Shown here piece by piece: positions 1-9,886 of a stretch of DNA of 64,000 nt (its first letter is position 1; the number at the start of each line of letters is the position of its first letter). The DNA is from an uncultured Nitrospinota bacterium. GTDB lineage: Bacteria; Tectomicrobia; Entotheonellia; J063; CAVPRW01. Position numbers and translations under genes: made by a program. Location: assembly GCA_963707985.1 (NCBI GenBank), contig CAVPRW010000009.1, positions 1 through 64,000 of the forward strand, given 5' to 3'. The notes under the pieces are model-generated. The model saw only the letters and a program-made list of their open reading frames with translations. It was not told the origin of the DNA and ran no database searches.

Positions 1-21
1 GAGTTGATGCGATTGTTAGGC
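1..21 (-). other. Partial attC site (R'' GCCTAAC, spacer, start of L''), runs off window edge
   Basis: Minus strand reads GCCTAAC-AATCG-CATCAACTC, downstream of cassette gene 76..849. Confidence 0.6.
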
Positions 22-26
22 AGTAT

Positions 27-59
27 GGTGGGCAACGCTATGCTACGCTTTTGCCCACC
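27..59. repeat. REP-like palindrome GGTGGGCAA...TTGCCCACC
   Basis: Perfect 9-bp inverted repeat at 27-35/51-59, between two GTTAGGC copies (15-21, 68-74). Confidence 0.6.
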
Positions 60-75
60 CTGGCTTAGTTAGGCC

Positions 76-849
76 TCATTGCTGTGGAGAAGACTGCGTC
101 GTGGTGCCAGACGCCGAGGGTGTTGGAGTAGGGCTAGCGGCCGGTGTCTCGGTAGATAGCTTCCGCTCTCGGGAGCCCTTCAAATCGTGACTGTCCATAA
201 CGTCCACCGTTATGCTACCGGTTTTGGGAATGGCTGGAAGCTGCTGAATAATCCAACCATCCTTTGATACTTGATCCGTGACGGGTGTGAAACCCTTTTC
301 CGTGCCCGTGATAGAGTAACGATATGGGCGTGTGCCACCCACGACATGAGTCATTATCTGCTTATCGGCGACTTGAATCTCTGCGACGTCTAGCTTCTGT
401 GCGCCACCACCAATTGCAGTGCCGAAATAGAATCCTGAAATGGTTCCAAAGACACCAATAAGAAGCGTTAGAACCTCCTTTGCTTTCGCGAATTCATCTG
501 CTGCATACTTTCCAACCAACGCACCAACCGTCAAGAGAAGTGCGATACCAATGGTGCCAACGGCGAAAATGAATGTGATTACACCTCGGGCTAAATCGGC
601 GCTCGCGAATTCGCGAACAATAGAATCATGCGAAAATAAGCCCCAGACGATCGCGGCGGCGAGACCAACGCCTATAATCCCGAGTACTATTACGCCAAGA
701 TATGGTAGGAGGGACAGAAATTTATCCCAGTGATCCGGTTTTGGTGGATCGCCTGGCATAGGATTAGTTGGTGGATTGGCTGCTTGATTTTGCGGTGCTG
801 GGGCATTTACGCCGTTTACGGGTTGTTGCCGTTGGTCGTTTTCTGGCAT
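76..849 (-). CDS. Cassette gene: membrane protein with 3 predicted TM helices and Pro/Gln-rich ends
   Basis: 257-aa ORF with AGGAG RBS, bounded by attC sites. Confidence 0.8.
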   Translation of the reverse strand: MPENDQRQQPVNGVNAPAPQNQAANPPTNPMPGDPPKPDHWDKFLSLLPYLGVIVLGIIGVGLAAAIVWGLFSHDSIVREFASADLARGVITFIFAVGTIGIALLLTVGALVGKYAADEFAKAKEVLTLLIGVFGTISGFYFGTAIGGGAQKLDVAEIQVADKQIMTHVVGGTRPYRYSITGTEKGFTPVTDQVSKDGWIIQQLPAIPKTGSITVDVMDSHDLKGSRERKLSTETPAASPTPTPSASGTTTQSSPQQ

Positions 850-878
850 TGTCGTCTCCTGGTTTTCAATGTATCTCG

Positions 879-941
879 GCCGAACGCAATAGCTCAGCGG
901 CGCGAGCGCTAGCGAGCGTCCGCTGCAGCGCCTGGTTGGGC
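879..941 (-). other. attC site (63 bp)
   Basis: GCCCAAC-CAGGC-GCTGCAGC...GCTGAGC-TATTGC-GTTCGGC: R''/L''/L'/R' layout with an extra base in L''. Confidence 0.9.
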
Positions 942-1245
942 GTCAATCTCCGTTGCACGATCTGACGTCCGAATTCGGCCATGAGCGATCGTCCATGCTG
1001 CTGGCCCGCCAAATCGGGGTTTGACTCGGATGGCTTCGGGTCCGGATGCAACAGCTCCTGCGGTTGGATTGCATGTCCCACGAGCCGGGTCGTTGACGGA
1101 CGTGCGGCCAAGAAGCAGCCGGCCTCCACCCGCCAGATGGCCCCTTCCGCGCCGAGTGGCTTGCCATGGATGGATGACGAAGAAGCACAGCCCCCGCCGC
1201 TGGCGTGCTCACGGCGGGTGGGAGGTGCCGCCAGGCGACCCAGCG

Positions 1246-1785
1246 TTATTTCATCCGATCCTGGATCTTGGCGAGGGCTGCGCGGGCACACTCTTCGTCG
1301 AATTCGCCGCCGGGAGCGCCACTCACGCCGATCGCGCCGATCGCGACACCGCCGGCCATGATGGTCACCCCACCGACCGCATACGTGACATTGGGCAGCG
1401 GCGTCTGCGGCACCGTCGATGGAGGATTCTTCGCGATCCGGTCGCGGACTTCTTTCGTGCTGCCTTCCTTCCGCCCCAGCGTCAGCGAGGCCGCCGAGTA
1501 GGCCTTGTAATAGGCGTTGTCGAGCGAGTGGATCGGCGCCCCATTGCCCCGCAGCAAGGCCTGGCGTACGCCGTCGAGATCGACGACGACGGCTACCACG
1601 TGGTAACCCTTCTGCGCGCAGCTCGCGACCGCTTCGCCCACCAGCTCATTCGCAAGCGGCGCCGACAATTTCTGCAAGTTCACCAGCCCTTGGGCCTCAC
1701 CTCCCGTCGGGGCAGCGCCTACGCCGAACACAAGAGCCAGCACAAGAGCTTGCAGTCCTGCCGACACCTTTGACATTGGTGACAT
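1246..1785 (-). CDS. GlcG/HbpS-family heme-binding protein (DUF336), secreted
   Basis: Signal peptide; VVD..G, A.YKAYSA and GAIGVSGAPGGEFDE.CA motifs; GGGAGG RBS. Confidence 0.9.
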   Translation of the reverse strand: MSPMSKVSAGLQALVLALVFGVGAAPTGGEAQGLVNLQKLSAPLANELVGEAVASCAQKGYHVVAVVVDLDGVRQALLRGNGAPIHSLDNAYYKAYSAASLTLGRKEGSTKEVRDRIAKNPPSTVPQTPLPNVTYAVGGVTIMAGGVAIGAIGVSGAPGGEFDEECARAALAKIQDRMK

Positions 1786-1928
1786 TGATGTCCTCCCGTT
1801 CGATATGTGCCGGTTTTCCGGCCACGATACATGAATACACCGTTTCGCGGAAGTGACCTTTGAGCCTTCCTCTCGATAGGCCTCGCCATTTGGCTTCGGG
1901 TCGAAAGCGCTCACTGCCCGCTTGGGCC

Positions 1929-2038
1929 GCCCAACGACCACGCTCGGCAGCGGGGGCCGACCTACCCCAGACCTCTGACAGAGCCGCCGAGCCACACACC
2001 GCCGCTGTTCCCCCGTCCGCTGCAGTGTGTGGTTAGGC
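1929..2038 (-). other. attC site (110 bp)
   Basis: GCCTAAC-CACAC-ACTGCAGC...GAGC-GTGGTC-GTTGGGC; R'' overlaps the TAA of the upstream gene. Confidence 0.85.
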
Positions 2039-2251
2039 CGTGATCGTGTGCAGGATAAATGGCAGCTTACTGAGGGTCAGTTCTTTGAGGGCGACCTTCT
2101 GACTAGCGTTATCGATATCGATGCCCACCACGTTGCCAGCTGCGTCATAATCCAGCACCAGCCCTTCGGAGATTTCCCGGCTCTCAACACTGGGTGTCTC
2201 CAAGAGATCAATGTAGAGGGAATCTGTATCCGGATAGTAGCTGAGCTTCAT
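2033..2251 (-). CDS. DUF2283-family protein (putative antitoxin)
   Basis: MKLSYYPDTDSLYI...LVLDYDAAGNVVGIDI signature; coupled to the upstream gene by ATGA. Confidence 0.9.
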   Translation of the reverse strand: MKLSYYPDTDSLYIDLLETPSVESREISEGLVLDYDAAGNVVGIDIDNASQKVALKELTLSKLPFILHTITA

Positions 2252-2490
2252 GGCTTGAATCCTCGGTCAGGGAAGGCATTGTGAATCGTGATTCTGTCCT
2301 CGCGGGTCACTACCCGTAACACCCGACCCTCAAGCTCCTCAATCCGCCCCCAGAATCGATAGCGGTTCTTCTCTTGCGGTTCGCTTCGGATCGGGTTTTC
2401 CAAAACTCGGATGCACCACTCCTTCTTGAGATAGGGGCGCTTCCGCAACACCTCATTCTCGAAGTAAGCCGTGAACCTATAGGGCGTCAT
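2248..2490 (-). CDS. Small putative toxin (DUF4258/RelE-like) paired with DUF2283
   Basis: 80 aa ending LRVVT...TIHNAFPDRGF; overlaps the DUF2283 gene. Confidence 0.8.
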   Translation of the reverse strand: MTPYRFTAYFENEVLRKRPYLKKEWCIRVLENPIRSEPQEKNRYRFWGRIEELEGRVLRVVTREDRITIHNAFPDRGFKP

Positions 2491-2531
2491 GCGCTCGACT
2501 ATAGCGCGCTTCCCGCTGAATCGCTACCACG

Positions 2532-2619
2532 GTCTAACGCTGCGGCTCAGGCGCGGCAGACAGCGGGAGCGAGGCACGAGCGGACGCTGTTTGCCGTCGC
2601 CTGCAGCCGGTTGTTCGGC
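2532..2619 (-). other. attC site (88 bp)
   Basis: GCCGAAC-AACCG-GCTGCAGG...CCTGAGC-CGCAGC-GTTAGAC. Confidence 0.9.
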
Positions 2620-2673
2620 CTTGTACCGGTGCCTGGTGAGCTAGAGGAACGGTTCCTGAGACCTTCCCTCACC

Positions 2674-3507
2674 TCATGACTTGCGGCCCAGCGCGAAAAT
2701 GCACGGGTTATCCACCCAAATCCCCTGGTCTGTCGCCAAGGCGCTCACGTCCGCCAGATGTTCGGCCCTGAACTGGTCAAGCTTGTCTGGCGGTACCTGC
2801 GAGAGGAGGTCACGCCTGCCGCCGTTCCAGCGGACGGTATCTTCCCAGTAGGCGTTCGCGTCGCTGAGATAATAGCCGAGTTGCTCTGTACGCACCTCCA
2901 TGTCGCTGAAGCCCGCCTCCTGCAGGAGGTCCCGACACTGCTCGGGGGTGGCGAGCCGCTGGCGAGGGCGCTTAGGTGGTAGCGACACCCCATAGGTCTG
3001 AAGACGGTCTGTGAACATGGTCATCATGGGCTGAAAGAGCGTGGCACCAAACGCGGAGAACGCGACCCGGCCGCCTGGCCTGAGGACACGCTGCCACTCC
3101 AGTAATACCTCAAGCATGTGGGGCAAGAAAAAGAGGGCTGACGCACAGAGCACCGCGTCAAAGCTCTCGTCGGCGCAGTCGAGATGCTCTGCGTCCCCCT
3201 CCCTGACCTCCACATTGGTCAGATCGGCCGCCACCATTTTCCGCCGCGCCTCCTGGAGCATTCCAGGGGTCATGTCCACGCCAATCACTTGGCCGGCGGG
3301 ACCAACGGTCCGACCCGCGGCCATAGCCGCCCAGCCCGTCCCGGTTGCGACATCCAGCACCTGTGCTCCGCTGCGTAGCCCGATCAGTTCCACGAGACGA
3401 TGAGCGCATACGCGTACGTAGCGTTGGGTATCGTAGCCAGATGATACCAGACTGTACGCTATCAACCGTTGCTGTCGGTGTTCACTGCTCTCCACTGGGT
3501 CAACCAT
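2674..3507 (-). CDS. Class I SAM-dependent methyltransferase (UbiE-like), cassette gene
   Basis: VLDVATGTG motif I, GDAEHL, RVLRPGG. Confidence 0.9.
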   Translation of the reverse strand: MVDPVESSEHRQQRLIAYSLVSSGYDTQRYVRVCAHRLVELIGLRSGAQVLDVATGTGWAAMAAGRTVGPAGQVIGVDMTPGMLQEARRKMVAADLTNVEVREGDAEHLDCADESFDAVLCASALFFLPHMLEVLLEWQRVLRPGGRVAFSAFGATLFQPMMTMFTDRLQTYGVSLPPKRPRQRLATPEQCRDLLQEAGFSDMEVRTEQLGYYLSDANAYWEDTVRWNGGRRDLLSQVPPDKLDQFRAEHLADVSALATDQGIWVDNPCIFALGRKS

Positions 3508-3582
3508 AGGATGAGTCCTTCTGAAGATTGTCTATGCCGTGGCAAAGGTGCTACCTGGTTTATGCTTCACAGTGAATTAAGG

Positions 3583-3669
3583 GCCGAACGCTGGCAGTGA
3601 GCCGCGCTGACAGCCGCAGCGAGGTACGAGCGGAGGCTGTTGGGTGTCGGCTCCAGTGCTTTGTTCGGC
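3583..3669 (-). other. attC site (87 bp)
   Basis: GCCGAAC-AAAGC-ACTGGAGC...GCTCACT-GCCAGC-GTTCGGC. Confidence 0.9.
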
Positions 3670-3709
3670 CAGGATACGCCGTAAAACTCTCGCAATATGA
3701 ACTTCTGGT

Positions 3710-4054
3710 CTATCGACGACCCCGGGTTGTCCCTTCCCCTTGCTTGGCTCCAGGGGCTGGGATAAGTGGCTTGACGTCTTTGGCTCGCTCCTCAGAGGCA
3801 TGACGGATCGCAGCCCAATCGATGGTCGCCACCCAACATTGCGCAGCTGGATCGTAGCGCACCACTCCTTCCACGCGCAGTTCGACCGGCTGGCCATGAT
3901 CGTCGGCGTCGTCACTGTAGAAGGTGAGGACTAAGCCTTCGTGCAATTGGAGCCCGTGATGCGCCAGATCCTGCAGGGTCCCTGCACAGGTTAACCGTAA
4001 TCGGTTTGCCTCATCGAGATTCTGGAAATCGGCATAGACTCTGGGAGGGGCCAT
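3710..4054 (-). CDS. Hypothetical protein, possible immunity/antitoxin partner
   Basis: 114-aa ORF 4 nt downstream of 4059..4433, in the same cassette. Confidence 0.7.
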   Translation of the reverse strand: MAPPRVYADFQNLDEANRLRLTCAGTLQDLAHHGLQLHEGLVLTFYSDDADDHGQPVELRVEGVVRYDPAAQCWVATIDWAAIRHASEERAKDVKPLIPAPGAKQGEGTTRGRR

Positions 4055-4058
4055 CTGC

Positions 4059-4433
4059 TTACTCCACTACACGTGTGCGTGTGTTTGGGTTTTTTACGGT
4101 TGGGCGGAAGAGCTGGCTCGCTTGCTCCGGTGTGAGTCCGCTCAACGTCGCATGATACGGGTTGGTCCGCGTTGGTGAGGGAAGCACGTCACCCCCAGCG
4201 GCTCGGATGGCGCCCACCGTGGTTGCGCCAAGCTGATTATGCGGGATGCCCGGATACCCCGTGTGCCGGTTCGGTGCCGTCAGCTCCTGCAGCGATACGC
4301 CTGGGGCAGCATTGACTGACACGCCCTGAATCCTCTCGCCCGCATCGACCATGACGCCTGATCCTTGGACAAAATTCGCGGGCACGTTCTGCCCGCCCCG
4401 GACAACAAGCGCTTCATCGGGGAGCGGTGTCAT
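4059..4433 (-). CDS. Hypothetical protein resembling a stand-alone polymorphic-toxin C-terminal domain
   Basis: VVRGG...GVSV...NPYHATL pattern; first gene of a two-gene cassette. Confidence 0.65.
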   Translation of the reverse strand: MTPLPDEALVVRGGQNVPANFVQGSGVMVDAGERIQGVSVNAAPGVSLQELTAPNRHTGYPGIPHNQLGATTVGAIRAAGGDVLPSPTRTNPYHATLSGLTPEQASQLFRPTVKNPNTRTRVVE

Positions 4434-4546
4434 TGACAACCTGTCTACATAGTGGCCTGCATCTCCTGGCTACAGCTCTGTGATCCCACTTGACAGAGAC
4501 CATACCATAATATATGGCGCTTTACCAAGTACCCTTGGACTCGGTG

Positions 4547-4643
4547 GCCGAATCGCGGCGCTGACCCGCGAGCACGGCGGATGGGAGCAGGCTTGCCTGC
4601 GGACATCCGACGAGCGCAGTCGGGTCCAGTGCCTTGTTCCGGC
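4547..4643 (-). other. Degenerate attC site
   Basis: GCCGGAAC-AAGGC-ACTGGACC...GGTCAGC-GCCGCG-ATTCGGC (R' lacks GTT). Confidence 0.6.
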
Positions 4644-4709
4644 GCGCGGAGCGCGGCGGGGCAAGGCACTGGACGAAGTCAGCGCCGCGATTCCGCGCGA
4701 CGCAGTCGC

Positions 4710-4745
4710 GCGGAACAAGTTATTCTACAGTTTCTGCATAACTCC
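4710..4745 (-). other. Candidate attI site
   Basis: Minus strand AGAATAACTTGTTCCGC, between the intI 5' end and the leftward array; assigned on position only. Confidence 0.3.
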
Positions 4746-5007
4746 ACGCCGTTGAAAAGTTCTCAAGGTCTCTACACCGCAACAGGCTCGCTGGTGTGTG
4801 GTCGCTCCCTGGGACCCTGACCTCCCACATCGTTCTGCATGGTTGACAGTTCTCCGATACTTTCATGAGAGAAAGCCGACACATAGATCGGGGAGTATGA
4901 TCGTACTCCTGGGCAGAATTTCGTGACAAGAGTTTTCTGCCATCTTCTCTTGTACGTTCTGTATATCATGTCATACGGCAGGATAGCATCGTTCAGGAGA
5001 ACTCCCG

Positions 5008-6427
5008 ATGCTCCAGCTTCCCTCGGCAGTACGGGCTGCATTTGAGACGTGTCTACGGCACGCCGGCATTCCCAAACCCGCCCATGCGGCGTAGACCAAG
5101 TGGCTGCGCTACTATCTGGATTTTGGTCAGAAGGATCATGTTCCCCACGCGCGACAAGAGAGTCTGCCACGCGTTCTCCACACATGACAGGAAAAGCAGC
5201 CAACCCAGGCGCCACAACAGCAGGCGTCACACGCGGTCTCGCTGTATGACGAGCTGGTGCGCTTGAGGGATTCCCACACCGATGTCCCGTCGCTCACACA
5301 CGACGCTCCTCCGGAGAAGGCTCTCGATGTCTTGTCGCCTCGTCTTGGCTCCTGACCCAGTGAACCAGGCCCCTCCCCAAAAGCCAGCGCTGCCGCGAAG
5401 TCCCCCGATCAACCGTCTCCTCAGACCGTCTCTTCCGCCAACGACGCGAACCCTGCCACGGCAGGGTCCTGGATCGCCGTCTACACCAGGTTGGCCGATG
5501 ACATCCGGGTCCGGCACGACGCTCCGAAGACCTTGAAAGCCTCGAGAGCGTGGGTGCGGCACGTTCAAACCGTTACGCGCAGCCAGGATCCGGCAGCGCT
5601 CTCTTCGGCAGATGTCAGGGAGTTCCTGACGTTTCTGGCGGTGCAGCGAAGGGGGTCGGCCTCCACCCAACACCAGGCCTTCAATGCACGGTTATTTGTT
5701 TATAGACATATGCTGAACAAGGAATTTGGCAAGGTGGAAGGGGTCGTCAGGGCGAAGCGAAAACCCTACGTGCCGGTGGTATGATCCCGTGCAGAGATCG
5801 AGACGATTCTTCGGCATGTGCCGCCTCCCGATGATCTGGTGGTGAAGCGGTTGTATGGCTGCGGGCTGCGGGTTTCGGAAGGTTTGCAGCTCCGCGTGCA
5901 TGGTTTGAATGTTGCTGCGGGGGTCTTCGCCAGCCATGACGGCAAGGGCGGAAAAGACCGCACGGTACCGCTCCCTGACCCGATTCTCCCGGAACTCCGA
6001 GCGCAGCTTGAAGCGTGGCAAGAGCTGCACCAACGCGATCTGGAACGGAACTATGCGGGAGTGTTTCTGGTCAACGCCTTAGAGAGCACAATATACGCAT
6101 GCGGCACAGGAGTGTATCTGGCAGTGGTTTTTTCCGGCAAAACCGCGGACCTCTGGGCAAAAGACCGAGGCATATCGGCGGTAGCATGTGCAGCCAACGC
6201 ATCGGCAACAGGCGATTCAGGACGCGGTTGGGAACGCCAGGCTTTATACGCGCGCCTCAGCCCATCCGTTTCGCCACAGCTTTGCGCGCCACTGGCTCCA
6301 GGCCAATGATGATATCCGGACGATTCAGGAGTGACTCGGACACCGCGATGTCAGCACGACGATGATCGATACCCATACGGTGAAGAGCGTCACCATCAAA
6401 GAGGCCAACAGCCCACTTGATGTCTGA
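5008..6427 (+). pseudogene. intI: Integron integrase, long form with extra N-terminal domain; several stops and frameshifts
   Basis: KWLRYYLDF N-domain, SASTQ.QAFNA, LYGCGLR, DGKGGKDR, HPFRHSFA, GHRDVSTTMI.TH, SPLD; adjacent to attC array. Confidence 0.92.
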
Positions 6428-6558
6428 GGTTTTTCCAGTCCCTCGAGCTGGTAATTGGCGTCGCTCAATGCCGAATGCGCAAAGTAAGCGGCGCACGCCG
6501 GCGCGCTGGATGGTAAGCAAACGCACAGGGCCACTCCGCCGGTGTGCGTCCGCTTGAC

Positions 6559-7599
6559 TGATGGGTTGGACTCCCCTCGTTCGTGCGCGGCATCATCGTG
6601 CCAGTTGGTCTTCGTCATTGGGATGCGGGGATCAACAAAACACTTCCGAGGAGAGTCCGAGATGAATACTACGACGGTCGCGATCGATTTGGCAAAGGAC
6701 GTGTTGCAGTTGGCGGTGGCCGATGCGCACTGGCGCGTAACACAGAGGGGCCGGTTGAGTCGCAGTCAATTGATGAGCTGGTTCGATAATCGGGTTGTGG
6801 GTCTGGTCGTCATGGAAGCCTGCGGCTCGTCGCATCACTGGGCACGTTGGCTGGAGGCGCGCGGCACTGCGGTCCGGCTGTTGCCGCGGCCTATGTGCGT
6901 GCCTACGTCAAACGCAACAAGACCGATGCGGCCGCTGCCGCGGCGTTGCTCGAGGCGTATCAGCCAGCTCGAACGCGAGCTTACGATGGTCGCCAGGTAG
7001 AGCGATACGTGCAAGCTGCTGCTGTCGATTCCTGGTGTGGGCCTGCTGACAGCGACGGCGATGGTCGCGGCCACCGGCGGCAGCGTTTCCCATTTCAAGG
7101 ATGCTCGTCACTTCGCCAGTTGGTTCGGCTTGACGCCGAAGGAATATTCTTCCGGTAATTCGCGTCACCTCGGACGGATCTCCAAGCGCGGCGATCGCTA
7201 TTTGCGCATGCTGCTCACTCATGGCGCCCGCAGCGTCCTGCGCAGCGCGGCGCTGGCGCAGCGTCGCGGTCAGTCACCAGAGGGCGTGCATGCCTGGGCG
7301 CTCGCCGTCCAAGCGCCGGCCCATCACAACAAGGCCGCATGCGCGCTGGCCAACAAGATGGCGCGCATCTGCTACGCGGTCCTGCGCGATCCGGAACTTC
7401 CCCGCGCTGTTCGTCGCCGATAACCCTGCCGGCAGCTCGCCTGCCGCTCGTACCGATGGGTGCTTCAGTGTTCGCAGATTCCATGTCGGGACGGGCCATC
7501 CAGAGCCCACTTACGATGCCGGATATACGACTGCAGGCTACTTCCCCTTGACCACAAAACCGATCAGTTTCCTGTTGTGTTTAGAGGGGAGTCCATATA
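6559..7599 (+). mobile_element. IS110 family, IS1111-attC type element; transposase (6662-7423) internally deleted and frameshifted
   Basis: MNTTTVAIDLAK, VMEACGSSHHWAR, NKTD, SKRGDRYLR motifs; subterminal IRs TGGACTCCCCT / AGGGGAGTCCA-TATA; inserted in attC. Confidence 0.88.
7424..7580 (+). ncRNA. Putative IS1111 seekRNA/bridge-RNA non-coding region
   Basis: Non-coding stretch between transposase stop and right IR, where IS1111 elements encode their guide RNA; contains GCAGATTCCAT and GCCGGATATACG blocks. Confidence 0.5.
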
Positions 7600-7758
7600 T
7601 GCTGGATTAGGCGTCGGCCACAGTCGCATTCAAGGGTACCAAGCATTACAAGGACAGCGATTTGAACTGACGCGCCCGCCGACGAATTAGGTTTAGTCCC
7701 TTGAGTGACGCCGGCGAAGAAGGCACCCGTTACCGATCTATTTATCCGATAGGTATAA

Positions 7759-9029
7759 TGTACCCCGAAATTTGGACCACCCAATAAGTTAGATTCCGAC
7801 GGGCCATGAGGGAGAGAACCGTGATGACAATGCGGCGACAGCATCGTGCAGAATTCAAAGCCAAAGTGGCCCTGGAAGCGCTCCGCGGGGAACGGACGAT
7901 CAATGAGTTGGCGGCCGAATACGGGGTCCATCCCGTGCAAATCACCCAGTGGAAGACAGTGGTCCTGGAGGAGCTGCCCAAGCTCTTTTCCAGCCGCCGT
8001 GGCGCCAAGGTCAAGGAGGAGGAAGCGCTGAAGGCAGCACTCTATCAGCAGATCGGGCAGTTGAAAGTCGAGCTCGACTGGCTGAAAAAAAAAGTTGGGC
8101 ATCTCTGTTGAGGCGAAACGGCAGCTGGTAGAGCCCGACGCATCCGCGGATTAGCCTGCGGCGCCAATGTGCCCTGTTGGGCTTGGCCCGCTCGGGCCTG
8201 TACTATCAGCCTGTTGGCCCCAGCGCCGAGGATGTGGCACTGATGCGGTTGCTGGACGAGCCATACACGGCCACGCCGTTCTATGGGATTCGCCGGATGA
8301 CGGCCTGGCTGCGCAGCCAGGGCTATGCCGTGAATCATCAAGCATGTGGGCCGGCTGCTGCGGCAGATGGGGTTGGAAGCGATCTACCCCAAGCCGCGGC
8401 TCAGCCAGCCCGCAGCGGACCATGTGATCTACCCGTATCTCTTGCGCGGGGTGAGAGTGGACCGGGTCAACCAGGTGTGGAGCGCGGATATCACCTATGT
8501 ACGCCTGGCGGCTGGGTTTGTGTATCTGGTGGCGGTGATCGACTGGTTCAGTCGGTACGTGCTGTCCTGGGCGGTGTCGATGACCATGGACGTGGCGTTC
8601 TGTGTGGAGGCGCTGGACCAAGCGTTGCGCCAGGGCCAGCCGGAGATCTTCAACACCGACCAAGGGGCGCAGTTCACCAGTCGGGCCTTCACGGAGCGGC
8701 TGCAGACAAGGAGGGATCCGGATCAGTATGGATGGCCGCGGGCGGGCCCTGGACAACGTGTTCGTGGAGCGGTTGTGGCGGAGGTCAAGTATGGAGGAGG
8801 TGTATCTGCGAGACTATCAGAGCGTGCGGGACGCGCGCCAAGGGTTGGCACGGCTATTTTGCGTTTTACAACGCACGAACGCTTGCATCAGGCGCTCGGC
8901 TACCGAACCCCAGCAGCGGTCTACCATGGTGAAGACAGCGGTCTGGAACGGGCTAGGGGAAAAACGTTCAATTGAGGCCCTTGAAACTAACTTAATTTGC
9001 CCGAAAAATGGTCTTGACAATGGGGTACA
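7759..9029 (+). mobile_element. IS3-family element (orfA ~7822-8111, orfB to ~8975, frameshifted)
   Basis: TG...CA ends with IRs TGTACCCC...GGACCA / TGGTC...GGGGTACA; A9G slippery site near 8085; W..DITY, NTDQGAQFTS, DNVFVERLW motifs. Confidence 0.95.
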
Positions 9030-9045
9030 CTTCAAGGAGTAACCA

Positions 9046-9333
9046 ATGAATAGGCGAAACAGCTGGTTGTGGGCAGTTGCGAAGGCCGTCGTCATCGCAT
9101 CGGGGCTCTTGATGGTGACAACTCCGGCATATGCAACGGAGAACGCACAGGAACGCCGCGATGCGCGAGACACCAAACAGGATAGTCGGCAGGGTGCGCG
9201 GAAGCAGAAGGTCGATTGCAGGGCGGCGAACCAAAAGAACAATGCCCAATGCCGTCAGGATAAGCGCGACACCAAGCAGGGTGGCCGTGAAGAGTCACGT
9301 GACGTCAGAGGGGGAGCAGCGCCACAGAACTAA
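9046..9333 (+). CDS. Small secreted hypothetical protein with charged repeats and a Cys pair
   Basis: AAGGAG RBS, signal peptide, RDTKQ repeats. Confidence 0.75.
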   Translation: MNRRNSWLWAVAKAVVIASGLLMVTTPAYATENAQERRDARDTKQDSRQGARKQKVDCRAANQKNNAQCRQDKRDTKQGGREESRDVRGGAAPQN

Positions 9334-9821
9334 ATCCCGGAAGCGCGGATTTCAGCTGCAATGGGGCTTCGTTGCGGTCGAGTTTGCCAAAGGAGCGATG
9401 CATGAACCCGTACCGCAAGCGCGAATTTGAACTCGAGCCCCGCGGCGACCCTGGTCTCCTTGATGTCCTTAGCTGACGTCGGCAGTGGATCGTCCGGCCG
9501 GATGTAACGCGGCAGGTCGGTTAGCGCGGAGGTGGGCGTCTCGTTCTTCGTGCAACTGTAAAGGGACTTGCGCCCGCCGTCCTTGGTGTTGACTCGGGCG
9601 TGATGTGGATTCCGGTATTTTCTGTCACCGTCGGACACGATGACCTACACCGTGTCGCCGCCATCGATGAGACGTGCGACATCGGAGCACCAAGCCAACT
9701 CGCCGGGTGCAAGGGCCGTAGATGCGGTTCGAGGGGCGTCCGGGTGGGAACGACAGCCGCTTTGGAGAGCGCTACGCTACGACCCCTTGTGGCCGATAGC
9801 GGGCACTGACTGTGGGTTACC

Positions 9822-9878
9822 GCCTAACACCCAAGCTCACCGGCGCTGTCAAGCGTCCGGTGCAGCGCGTGGTTAGCC
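9822..9878 (-). other. attC site (57 bp)
   Basis: GGCTAAC-CACGC-GCTGCACC...GGTGAGC-TTGGGT-GTTAGGC. Confidence 0.9.
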
Positions 9879-9886
9879 GTAGCTCC

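Larger units (their letters stand above)
6470..7612 (-). other. attC site split by IS1111 (parts 7612-7600 and 6558-6470)
   Basis: Rejoined: GCCTAAT-CCAGC-AGTCAAGC...GCTTACT-TTGCGC-ATTCGGC. Confidence 0.7.

Noticed and set aside
943..1212. Second gene in the GlcG cassette
   Set aside because: No convincing RBS or protein-like composition in any frame.
4495..4525. dif-like site (CCATAATATATGG)
   Set aside because: No XerD arm (TTATGTTAAAT-like) at the correct spacing.
5008..6427. In-frame TGA/TAG in intI as recoding
   Set aside because: There are multiple stops, frameshifts and loss of the catalytic Tyr, which is ordinary decay.
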